In this document: positions 26,431 through 35,528 of the stretch, in pieces
Layout: every line of letters starts with the position of its first letter
How positions within the stretch are numbered: the stretch's first letter is position 1
IMG/VR virus record: IMGVR_UViG_3300015608_003726
DNA length: 64,000 nt
From: an uncultured virus (IMG/VR IMGVR_UViG_3300015608_003726)
Lineage: Duplodnaviria > Heunggongvirae > Uroviricota > Caudoviricetes
Direction: 5' to 3' (one strand)
Notes under the pieces: model-generated
Database searches by the model: none
What the model was told of the DNA's origin: nothing
Seen by the model: the letters and a program-made list of their open reading frames with translations, nothing else
Translations under genes and position numbers: made by a program

Positions 26431-29211
26431 TTAATCATCAAGGAATGATATATCAGAAACTTTTGACGCTTTTGTACTTATTATTTTTTTAGCATTAAGA
26501 GGTTTTTCTGATATATCTTTATCTAAATTATCAAGATCTGGAATGTCGCCGCCATATTTTTTGTGCATAACATCATTTACTTCATCTGCGCTTCCTATCT
26601 TCCAAAGATTATCAGAACCTATTTTTTGCATATGAGGTTTTATTTCTAAAACAGCCATCATAGCATCTCCTATAAATGTCTTTTTACCATCCCTCGCCTT
26701 CGCGCAAACAACACATAATTTCTGCACTGGTTCTTGCGGGTGAGGCCATTGAATATATATATTATCAGCATCTGCTGAATAATCATGAGACCCCTTCATG
26801 TCTTCAACGCCAGCGGTTTTATTTGCTTGTTTTTGCTGCTTAAGCCTCTTGAGAGCTTCTTTCCCAAGCTGAACGGCTGATATTATTGAAAACTCAAATT
26901 TTCTACCCATTTGTCTCAAGTCTTTACACATTTCTCCTGGCCAAGCATATTCATTTTGTTTTAGATATTTTTCATCTGGCTGAAGAATTGCCATATAGTC
27001 AATAAACAGAACCTTAAACTTAAAAGTAGAATGATATTTTTCTACTATTCTTCTTATGTCGCTCACTGTCATTCTTTCTTCGTTATCTATTAAAATGAAA
27101 CGATTCATTTTTTCAGACCATTTTTTATGAGCATTCTTAACGCTTTCAAGTTCTTCTGATGATAATAGGTCTGGTTGGCTTATTTTCTTTAAATCAATAT
27201 TTGTTTCTCTGGAAATTATTCTATTCATCACTTTATCTTTGGTCATTTCAAGAGATATAAATACAACGCTTTCTCCTGAATTCATAAATATATTCAGAGC
27301 TATATTCATCATCATCATCGAATTATGAGTTATTATATTATTACATACAAAATTATGATCATGTGGCATAGAGATATCGTAAGTATCAAAAAAGCCAACA
27401 TCCGTAATGCTCTCAATTGTATCCCAAAAAATATCTGATTCTGATATAGATATTAATTCATCATTATCAATATGCTTGGCTACAATATTAAACAGATCTC
27501 TAGATACTATTCCTCCATGGGAAGAAATTGGACCTGAACCTATACCAAGAGTTTCTCTTCTAGGAAATTTTATATTCTTTTCTTCAGCTATTTTTTTTGC
27601 TTTATTCCAAAATTCAACAGGTATTGTATCATGATTTGGATTGCATTTTATATTTAATATATTGATTTTATGTTTATTTAAAATTTCTTGCTTGTAACCA
27701 ACAAACCCAATATTCTGCATATACAAAGCGATAGATCTACCATCTCTTATAGAAACAGTATAACAAGTATATGGTAAATTTTTATATGTTCTATTAACTT
27801 TTTTAACTATTGAATTAATAGAAAATTTTAATAACAAATCCCTAACTCCTTCTGCAAGCAAAAGCGAAGATGTATAATATTTTATTAAGTATGAATTATT
27901 TTTTTTGTTTTTATTTTGTACAACAAATGATCCATCACAAGAAAATAACATTTTCAAAAATTCACTTACACTATCCTTACACCATCCAAAAACATCTGTA
28001 GGAATTTTTTTATGTATAGATTTTACATTATTTATATCGTATTTTACACCAATAGATTTACATCCAGAAACATGATACTGTCCTTTTTCTATTTTTTTAT
28101 TATTTATAACCTGAGTAAATCTTCCTCCTAGTTTTTCAACAGCGGCCTGCATATGATTTGCAATTTTTTCATCAAAATTAGTAAATCGATATCCATGACC
28201 AGTCGTTCCTCCATCAGCAATCATACCAGCTAAAAATACAGCATTTGATATATCAATTTTAATATTACCAAAACAAGACCATCGACTTATTCCTATTTTT
28301 TTACCTACAAATAAATCATCAATAGGGACATATCCATTTGGAGTAAGAATTGGATGGTTTCCTGTTGCTATTAAAGAAAATCCTCTGGAGGTTTGAACTT
28401 TAAAACACTTTTTACTACCATTGTATCCTATTGCAGAAATATTTTGATAATATAATTTATTATTTTCTCTAAGCGATTGTATTTTTGGCAGAACCTTACC
28501 ATCTTCAGATAAACTAATTAAATCCCTAACTGTTCTCTGAATGCCATCTTCGCAATTAACTATAGCAAAATCTGGTACACACTTCATTCCGCCAGGTTCT
28601 GCGACAAATAAAGTCAATTGTCCATTAGTTAAACCTGTTTGCATCGATTCGTCTATTTCTTTTATACCAGTTAATAATCTTTTTTGAGGATTCTCTCTTT
28701 TTTCTACAAGACCTTTATACCAGTCATCAAAATATGATGATAAATCTAATATTTGATATTTTCCAGAAGAAGGCTCAGAAATAAGATTATCGAGATTAAT
28801 ATGCAGATTTCTGATGGCATTTTTGTAATTCTTATCCTTTTCTTTTTGGAATTTATCAAAAAAATCTCTAATCTTATTTTTAGAGTGCTGTTCTAGCAAG
28901 GCATCAAGCAATACAGGATAATCATTTTTATCAGCTATTGTTAATGAATGTATTTTTACGAATATCTGCTCTTCAGAAATTGTTTTTAACTTATTATTTT
29001 GTGTTTGTTTTTTTACAAATTCTTTATATGAATCTTTTGTTAACAAAACGCTCAAAGAATGACTATGAACCATAGCATCAAATAACATTCTATACGAATT
29101 ATCGAATAAATCAACGGCATTCTTGTGCTTAAGAAATTCACCAAGAATATCTTGATCTTTCATTAATATATTAAGGATTTTTTCCTGAGTTATCTCAGAT
29201 TGTTGGCTCAT
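26431..29211 (-). CDS. dnaB: Replicative DnaB-like helicase, intein-containing
   Basis: TGIKEID, LFVAEPGGMK|S, FISLEM, FIDYM, SAVQL, DAD, KARDG. Confidence 0.9.
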   Translation of the reverse strand: MSQQSEITQEKILNILMKDQDILGEFLKHKNAVDLFDNSYRMLFDAMVHSHSLSVLLTKDSYKEFVKKQTQNNKLKTISEEQIFVKIHSLTIADKNDYPVLLDALLEQHSKNKIRDFFDKFQKEKDKNYKNAIRNLHINLDNLISEPSSGKYQILDLSSYFDDWYKGLVEKRENPQKRLLTGIKEIDESMQTGLTNGQLTLFVAEPGGMKCVPDFAIVNCEDGIQRTVRDLISLSEDGKVLPKIQSLRENNKLYYQNISAIGYNGSKKCFKVQTSRGFSLIATGNHPILTPNGYVPIDDLFVGKKIGISRWSCFGNIKIDISNAVFLAGMIADGGTTGHGYRFTNFDEKIANHMQAAVEKLGGRFTQVINNKKIEKGQYHVSGCKSIGVKYDINNVKSIHKKIPTDVFGWCKDSVSEFLKMLFSCDGSFVVQNKNKKNNSYLIKYYTSSLLLAEGVRDLLLKFSINSIVKKVNRTYKNLPYTCYTVSIRDGRSIALYMQNIGFVGYKQEILNKHKINILNIKCNPNHDTIPVEFWNKAKKIAEEKNIKFPRRETLGIGSGPISSHGGIVSRDLFNIVAKHIDNDELISISESDIFWDTIESITDVGFFDTYDISMPHDHNFVCNNIITHNSMMMMNIALNIFMNSGESVVFISLEMTKDKVMNRIISRETNIDLKKISQPDLLSSEELESVKNAHKKWSEKMNRFILIDNEERMTVSDIRRIVEKYHSTFKFKVLFIDYMAILQPDEKYLKQNEYAWPGEMCKDLRQMGRKFEFSIISAVQLGKEALKRLKQQKQANKTAGVEDMKGSHDYSADADNIYIQWPHPQEPVQKLCVVCAKARDGKKTFIGDAMMAVLEIKPHMQKIGSDNLWKIGSADEVNDVMHKKYGGDIPDLDNLDKDISEKPLNAKKIISTKASKVSDISFLDD
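27322..28581 (-). mobile_element. Intein (420 aa) with LAGLIDADG endonuclease in the DnaB P-loop
   Basis: GGMK|CVPDFA ... ATGNHP ... LAGMIADG ... LKMLFSCDG ... HNFVCNNIITHN|S. Confidence 0.95.
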
Positions 29212-29218
29212 ATATTAG

Positions 29219-30085
29219 TTACACCCTAACAATAAAAGAAGATTTTAAATAACGTATTTTATCCATTGCAAAACCAAAATCTTCTTTTAAATCAACATTA
29301 TCTATATTAAATTGCATAACAAAAATTGTAGGCTTATTATTCTCTAATCTAGACATAAGAAAAGCATCAAATTGCCTTTTAAAATATTGTTTGTAATCGT
29401 TTGAAGAATCTCCATCTAAAAGTATATCGTCTATGACAAGCCAGTCTATATCAGAAAGATCAGAAATATAATCTTTTTTATCTTTATCATTTTTATCTAA
29501 TAAGTTATTACGCAATATAGGAAAAGAAACATACTGATATGTAAAAGCTTCATTTGTAGAAAAGAGTTTTCTCCTTATCGCCTCCTTAAGAACAATTGCA
29601 GCTAACATGCTTTTACCTGTTTGTATTCTGATTTTTTTATTCTTTTTTATTTTGCTATCAAATTTTTCAATATAATTATTTCCATGTATTATTAGATTTG
29701 ATGCATTCTTAAATCTTTCATCCATTAAAGAAATTAAATCCATGTCTTGAGGCTTCATTCTTTGAATATTATTTCCAGGACATTTACCTTTCCAACAATA
29801 TTCATATATTCTCTCTTTAGCTTGCTGCGCAAATAAATCAAACTCCGAAGAAGCTATAGGATCGTCTTGTATAACATCATTATTGTTTGAAGCTCCGCTA
29901 AAATCAAATATTGTTTTATGAACAAACTCTTCTGGTAGTATAAATTTTGTATAAGCGCATACTTCTGATATGGCCTTACAATAGCATCCATGTTCATTTT
30001 TACAAAAACCAGATTGTTTAAAAAATTTACAATCCGAAGTAAAAAATGACATGTAATCTCTAATATATTTTTGTAAATCTTTCAT
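29219..30085 (-). CDS. DnaC/IstB-like helicase loader ATPase
   Basis: LIIHG...TGKSMLA, WLVIDDI, RLENNKPTIF, N-terminal Cys cluster; immediately upstream of dnaB. Confidence 0.7.
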   Translation of the reverse strand: MKDLQKYIRDYMSFFTSDCKFFKQSGFCKNEHGCYCKAISEVCAYTKFILPEEFVHKTIFDFSGASNNNDVIQDDPIASSEFDLFAQQAKERIYEYCWKGKCPGNNIQRMKPQDMDLISLMDERFKNASNLIIHGNNYIEKFDSKIKKNKKIRIQTGKSMLAAIVLKEAIRRKLFSTNEAFTYQYVSFPILRNNLLDKNDKDKKDYISDLSDIDWLVIDDILLDGDSSNDYKQYFKRQFDAFLMSRLENNKPTIFVMQFNIDNVDLKEDFGFAMDKIRYLKSSFIVRV

Positions 30086-30087
30086 AT

Positions 30088-33036
30088 TTAAAAATCTACA
30101 TCAACTGATTTATTAGAAAGTCCCTTATTATGAATAATCGACTCTGCCTTAACGTCTGATTCTTTTGTATTTGCAACTTTGCATCTTCCGTCTGCCCACT
30201 CTTTCATAAAATCTATATCTTCTTTCCTTGTTTCTGAAAGAGGTTTAAAAGATTTTATGGCATTAATAATATCCTTGGTTTCTATCTCTCTTTTACTATC
30301 AGCATACGCTTCAAATAATGCTATTTCTACAGCTTTTTCTATTTCTGCTCCAGAATAATTTTGAGATAAAGAAGCTATTTTGGGTATATTGAATTTTTTC
30401 GGGTCTCTGCCTTTTTTCTTTATTTGTATTTCTAATATCTGCTCTCTTCCTAACTGATTAGGAAGATCAACAAAGAATACTTCATCAAAACGGCCTGCTC
30501 TCATAAATTCAGGCGGTATTTGTAACGGATTATTAGCTGTACAAAATACAAAAACAGGCGACTCCTTCTCTTGTAGCCATGTCAAAAACGTAGAAACAAC
30601 TCTACTTGTCGTTCCTCCGTCTGTAGAGCCGCTCGAAGCCGTGCCGCTCAATCCCTTCTCAACCTCGTCGCACCATAATATACAATTGTGACAAAGAATA
30701 TTATTTGCAAAGAAATTAGAATTTGATTCGCATGATAAATCGTAAGTGTCTTGTAATCCGATATCATTTACAGAAACCACCCTTACTCCTATAAGATCTG
30801 AATTAATAACCTTCTTGGTATCTTCAGAAATACCTAAATTAATTACGTAACCATTGTTTGATTCCATTTTTCCATCATCTAAAATAGAAAGCAAATATTT
30901 ACCAATAATAGATTCATTTTTATTATTTTTAATCAATTCAAATGTTATAATTTGAGAATCAGAATCATTTGATTTTATAAAATTACTAAACTGTTTATTC
31001 ATCTTTAAACCAAAATCAAAATTATAATCTTCTTTTTCATTGCAAAGTATAGCCATTTCTATAAATTCTGAAAGATCTTTCCTATGAAGATCAAGCGGAA
31101 GACATACGTCTTTAATATTACTAATTCCTTTTACACAAAAAGTATTTTTGTTATATCTTGGCAAACATATTCCCAACATATGATAAATTTTATACAACTC
31201 TTCAATATGATCATCGTTATAAGTAAAACATTCTAATGATATAGAAGAATTATCATTCGTAAAAAGACCTGCCGAATCAATAAATCCGCTTAAATAACCT
31301 AATAAAATAGCATCATCTTGCGTAAAAAGCATTTTTCTAGCTCTATCAAATAAATAAGAAAGTTTAGAATTATTGATAACACACTGTCCTGAAGAAACTT
31401 CAGGTTCTACATTAAATATACTTGCAAAAGTATTGCAAAATATATACATCAATGACCAATCAAATGTGTCATATACTATGCACCCGTTTTTTGTATTAAT
31501 AGAACCGGAAGACTGTATCATTCCTAGAAGATAATACAAAGCATATGTATTAAAACCAACGCTTTCATCTTCAATTATAATAATATCTTTTTCTGAATCA
31601 AGAATATCAAATGATATTAAATCTCTGTTTATTTTTCTTGACGTACAAATAAAATCTCCAACTTTAATTTCAGAAGCAGCAACCCATTCGAATGTTCCGT
31701 TTTTGTTTACAAGTATCTTATGATCTCTTGTCGCATCAATAGAACCTATTGGTGTTTTTATTTTTAACATTTCTTTTTGTTCTAAATGCTTTATTACTGC
31801 TTTTACTTTTGTTCTTTCTGTTTTGAGAGTTTTTTCGTTTAAGGCATAAATGTATAAATTATTCAAAAGATCTTCATTGTTAAGAATATCTTTTATTGTA
31901 TAAGATTTTCCATCAGCAGAAATAATAACAGAATTTCCTCCAACGCAGGGAGCTAAAGATTCTGCCATTTTTATAGCCTCTCTAGAAGTTCTTTCGCTTT
32001 CTCCTACTAAACTACCAAACATTTTACCAAAGTCTAAACGCAAAAGAGGCATTTCGTAATATCCAGCAGTAGCTTTAGCAGAAAGCGATTTACCACCGCC
32101 TGGAATTCCTACCATTAATACGCCTTTTGGATAAGGCAAACCATATTGAGAAGCGTCTGACTGAAAAGCCATTTTTCTCTTTTTAAGCCAGTCCGTAAAT
32201 TCATCTAATCCTCCAACGTCTTTAATGCTAATGTCAGATTCTATATATTCAAGAATTGGATTCTTTTTAATAATTTGCTTTTTCTCGTTAAGAATTGTTT
32301 GTATATCAAATTCTGGTTTTTTTGTTTTCTTTGCCATAACAACAGACTTACAATAAGCCTGCTGAGTTTCTACCAATGTAAGCCCCCTACAAGCCTTTAT
32401 AAGCTCTTCTTCGTGTTCCTTTACTCTTTTAGAGGCGTTCGGAAAAGCCATCGTAGCAGAATCTAAAACATGATATAAAGTATTCTTTATTTCTTCATCA
32501 TTTGGATATGGAAAATCCAATAAAGCCATATCCTTATCAAGGGATGGAGTAGATACATATGAAGGTCCAACCAAAATAACAGTGACTCTATTCGATATAG
32601 AAGATATGTATTTTAATCTTCTTTCAGTTTCTGGATCGCATGCAGGACTTATAAATCTATCAAAACCAAATAAAATATAAATACATCCCTTTGTATTGTC
32701 ATCGCATTCTTTAGAAAATTTTTCAATCTTATCAATAATGATATCTAATACAGCGTCTGGATCTTTATCATCATTACCTGCTACTTCTACTTTTTCTCCT
32801 GGATCTAATATATTAACTAATCCTTTGTATGTATCCCACAAAAAACACATTCTCTTACTTGCTATAGACAAGTGATGCATGTAGGCTCTAAACCTATTTT
32901 CTTCTTGAGTAGTTATATATATAAGCGGTTGAGAACTTTTAATTAAAGCAAGCAAATCATAATTAAATTGCTGCGTAGCCATAGAATTAAAAATAGACTC
33001 GCTTGAAGCGACTGATACGCTTTTATCCTTCGACAT
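30088..33036 (-). CDS. Ycf46-like AAA+ ATPase, intein-containing
   Basis: PLIYITTQEENR, DVGGLD, PKGVLMVGIPGGGKSL, LLRLDFG, VGESE, AP|CILWCDEVEK, FLTWLQE, TAN, RAGRFDE, YSGAEIE. Confidence 0.88.
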   Translation of the reverse strand: MSKDKSVSVASSESIFNSMATQQFNYDLLALIKSSQPLIYITTQEENRFRAYMHHLSIASKRMCFLWDTYKGLVNILDPGEKVEVAGNDDKDPDAVLDIIIDKIEKFSKECDDNTKGCIYILFGFDRFISPACDPETERRLKYISSISNRVTVILVGPSYVSTPSLDKDMALLDFPYPNDEEIKNTLYHVLDSATMAFPNASKRVKEHEEELIKACRGLTLVETQQAYCKSVVMAKKTKKPEFDIQTILNEKKQIIKKNPILEYIESDISIKDVGGLDEFTDWLKKRKMAFQSDASQYGLPYPKGVLMVGIPGGGKSLSAKATAGYYEMPLLRLDFGKMFGSLVGESERTSREAIKMAESLAPCVGGNSVIISADGKSYTIKDILNNEDLLNNLYIYALNEKTLKTERTKVKAVIKHLEQKEMLKIKTPIGSIDATRDHKILVNKNGTFEWVAASEIKVGDFICTSRKINRDLISFDILDSEKDIIIIEDESVGFNTYALYYLLGMIQSSGSINTKNGCIVYDTFDWSLMYIFCNTFASIFNVEPEVSSGQCVINNSKLSYLFDRARKMLFTQDDAILLGYLSGFIDSAGLFTNDNSSISLECFTYNDDHIEELYKIYHMLGICLPRYNKNTFCVKGISNIKDVCLPLDLHRKDLSEFIEMAILCNEKEDYNFDFGLKMNKQFSNFIKSNDSDSQIITFELIKNNKNESIIGKYLLSILDDGKMESNNGYVINLGISEDTKKVINSDLIGVRVVSVNDIGLQDTYDLSCESNSNFFANNILCHNCILWCDEVEKGLSGTASSGSTDGGTTSRVVSTFLTWLQEKESPVFVFCTANNPLQIPPEFMRAGRFDEVFFVDLPNQLGREQILEIQIKKKGRDPKKFNIPKIASLSQNYSGAEIEKAVEIALFEAYADSKREIETKDIINAIKSFKPLSETRKEDIDFMKEWADGRCKVANTKESDVKAESIIHNKGLSNKSVDVDF
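30685..31947 (-). mobile_element. Intein (421 aa) before Walker B of the AAA+ ATPase; degenerate LAGLIDADG
   Basis: LAP|CVGGNS ... ATRDHK ... LLGMIQSSGS / LSGFIDSAG (catalytic acidic residues lost) ... NFFANNILCHN|C. Confidence 0.92.
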
Positions 33037-33052
33037 ACATGCCTCTTCTTTT

Positions 33053-33547
33053 TTACTTAATTGGATTTAATACAACAAAAACACTCTTGTCTGATACACA
33101 GATATCGTTAAATTTAGCAATTCCAACGAAATCTGCCACTTGTTGTTTTAACATTTCTTTTACACCATTTAACGTATATCTTTCTCTTCTTCTTGCTTCT
33201 ATTCCAAACTTTACTTTGTGCCCCTTCTCTAATATTTCTTTTACGTGATTCTTCTTTGTTTGTAAATCATGAGAAGAAATATTAGTATGATACATTATCT
33301 CTTTTTCTTTTTGAGGTTTTTGAGCCTTAATCTTAGATCTTTCATACTTCATTTTTCCATAATCCATAATCTTGCAAATAGGAGATTGACTTCTTTCGTC
33401 TCCGTTCACCTGGACCAAATCAAGTCCAAGATCTTTTGCTCTTTTTAATGCATCATTCCTAAAAGTTTCTCCAACCTTATTGCCGTTTTCGTCAATAAGA
33501 ATTATTTTTCTAGCATAAATAGACTCATTTACAAAATCCTTACTCAC
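33053..33547 (-). CDS. infC: Translation initiation factor IF-3
   Basis: VNESI, LIDENG, A..LGLDLVQV, PICKIMDYGKMKYE, KEI, ISSHDLQTK, LEKGHKVK. Confidence 0.92.
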   Translation of the reverse strand: MSKDFVNESIYARKIILIDENGNKVGETFRNDALKRAKDLGLDLVQVNGDERSQSPICKIMDYGKMKYERSKIKAQKPQKEKEIMYHTNISSHDLQTKKNHVKEILEKGHKVKFGIEARRRERYTLNGVKEMLKQQVADFVGIAKFNDICVSDKSVFVVLNPIK

Positions 33548-34363
33548 TCATTTCCCCTTTCTCATAAAATCAGGAACATCATATTTAGCATAAAATCTTA
33601 AAACAAATCCATCCATATTTAGTTTAAATTTATTTTTTATTTCTATTATCTTTTCCTTCATACCATCAATTTTTAAAGAAGTATTATATGGACCTAATTT
33701 TTTTGTATTTTCAAGTATAACTTCCCAACATTTTATATCTTTCTCAAGTATATCGCTTATTTTTGTAAAAACAAAATTCAGTGCATCTTCTCTGCTCGTT
33801 TTTTCGCAATGAATTAAATAAGATATAGGAATAATAAAACCATATTTTCTCATAAAAGTCGAACAATTAAGATTATATGATGCCCTAAGAATACTCTCGC
33901 TTAAAATGACCTTCTGTTCAGAAATATTTAATATATCGCTGCACATATTGTTGTCTATGTTGTTTTTTTTGTTTAGAAATAAATTCATTCTTTTTAAGCT
34001 AGAAAGATATTTTATATCAAAAAAATCTGATTTTCTTTTGTTTACAGTATAGTCTATAGAATCATTTATATAGTTTAACAATTGTTTATTCGAAATAGAT
34101 ATTTTAAAATTTTCCAAAAATTTAGATCTTACATATCCTATATATGCAGATCCTGATGGTAAGCTTAATTTTGGAAAATTAACATCATTACGTTTTTCAA
34201 AAAAACATAAAATGTGATTATAAAAATCCTTATTCGACCATTTTTCTATATCTGTAGGCAATGGTTTTTTCTTTCTTTTTCTTATATTTCCCCATTCAAA
34301 ATGATTATCCTTACTTCCGTCGTTAGAATGCGTAATCGTAAGTCCATCGATTAAATTTTCCAT
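33548..34363 (-). CDS. Hypothetical protein
   Basis: 271-aa basic ORF in the replication operon. Confidence 0.7.
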   Translation of the reverse strand: MENLIDGLTITHSNDGSKDNHFEWGNIRKRKKKPLPTDIEKWSNKDFYNHILCFFEKRNDVNFPKLSLPSGSAYIGYVRSKFLENFKISISNKQLLNYINDSIDYTVNKRKSDFFDIKYLSSLKRMNLFLNKKNNIDNNMCSDILNISEQKVILSESILRASYNLNCSTFMRKYGFIIPISYLIHCEKTSREDALNFVFTKISDILEKDIKCWEVILENTKKLGPYNTSLKIDGMKEKIIEIKNKFKLNMDGFVLRFYAKYDVPDFMRKGK

Positions 34364-34376
34364 AAAATGCCTTCTA

Positions 34377-35528
34377 TTACTTAGCTATAATTAAATACTC
34401 TTTTCCGCGAGACTTTGAATTTTTTCTATATTGATAATTATAATCAATTTCTTCAATTATTATTTTATTTTTAAATTTCTCTATAAAAGAACATATACCA
34501 TTTACATCTAACCAACTACTATCATTGTAACTGAAAACCCAAGAAGAATCCATTGGCAAAGAAAAAAGAAGAGAATTAAAATGTTTTTCATATTCATTTG
34601 AATTATTAAAATTTCTAGCATTTTTAATATATTCTATATCTTCAATTTTTTTATTCATTATAAACTCTTCGCAAAATTTATACATAAATGAATAGTCGCT
34701 TTGCGATCCGCCATATGGAGGATCTATGTAAATACAATCATATTTTTTATTATTATTAGCAAGTAATTCAATAGCATCTGTTTTGTAAGAACAACATTTT
34801 TTTTCTTTATCAAAATTAAAATTAGGTATAAACAAATCAGAAAAAGTCATTTCTCCATTATAATCAATATGAGAATTTCTTTTTAATCTAAAATCAGAAT
34901 CAGCTAAAACTTGACCCTTATTAAGCCTACCACCTATATGGCATTGACTTAAAACATAATTAATAACATATGTCATACCCATACACGATTTATAGAAATC
35001 TGAATCTCTTTGAAATCCGTTTTTTGCAGTAGATTGTGTGATTTTTTCATCAATAAATCCGTACATTTCTGATAATTTTTGTCTAAATGAATCTAGCCAA
35101 ACAGCCTCTTTCTTTGTAAATTTTCGATTCTCTGATAATTCAGTGTAGTTGTTAAAAATAAATCCCTCAATACTATTATTAGAAGAAAACAAATGATTTA
35201 TTTCGTTTTTTGTAAAATATATATTTTTGTTTTCTAAAAAAGAAACAGAAGTAATAAACGGAAAAGATAGCAAATCATTACTATCTACTTCTGATCCAAG
35301 GATATTAAAAAATAATCCTACAACAGAGCTGCCGCTAAAAAGATCCAAAAAAGTATCAGTTTTTATATTATTTTTAATTAAAGAGGAATATATAGTAATA
35401 AGCATCTTCTTCTTATTACCAGTATAAGGATTGTTTATAATTCTAACTTTATTATAAGCATCTATGGCCTTTGAAAGTCCATCGATTTCGTCATCAAAAC
35501 AATTTGAATCTTCTATGAACTTAGCCAT
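34377..35528 (-). CDS. D12-class N6-adenine DNA methyltransferase (FokI/NlaIII-like)
   Basis: PYTGNKKKM, FLDLFSGSSVV, SNDL, IYIDPPY, FSYN, EYLII. Confidence 0.88.
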   Translation of the reverse strand: MAKFIEDSNCFDDEIDGLSKAIDAYNKVRIINNPYTGNKKKMLITIYSSLIKNNIKTDTFLDLFSGSSVVGLFFNILGSEVDSNDLLSFPFITSVSFLENKNIYFTKNEINHLFSSNNSIEGFIFNNYTELSENRKFTKKEAVWLDSFRQKLSEMYGFIDEKITQSTAKNGFQRDSDFYKSCMGMTYVINYVLSQCHIGGRLNKGQVLADSDFRLKRNSHIDYNGEMTFSDLFIPNFNFDKEKKCCSYKTDAIELLANNNKKYDCIYIDPPYGGSQSDYSFMYKFCEEFIMNKKIEDIEYIKNARNFNNSNEYEKHFNSLLFSLPMDSSWVFSYNDSSWLDVNGICSFIEKFKNKIIIEEIDYNYQYRKNSKSRGKEYLIIAK

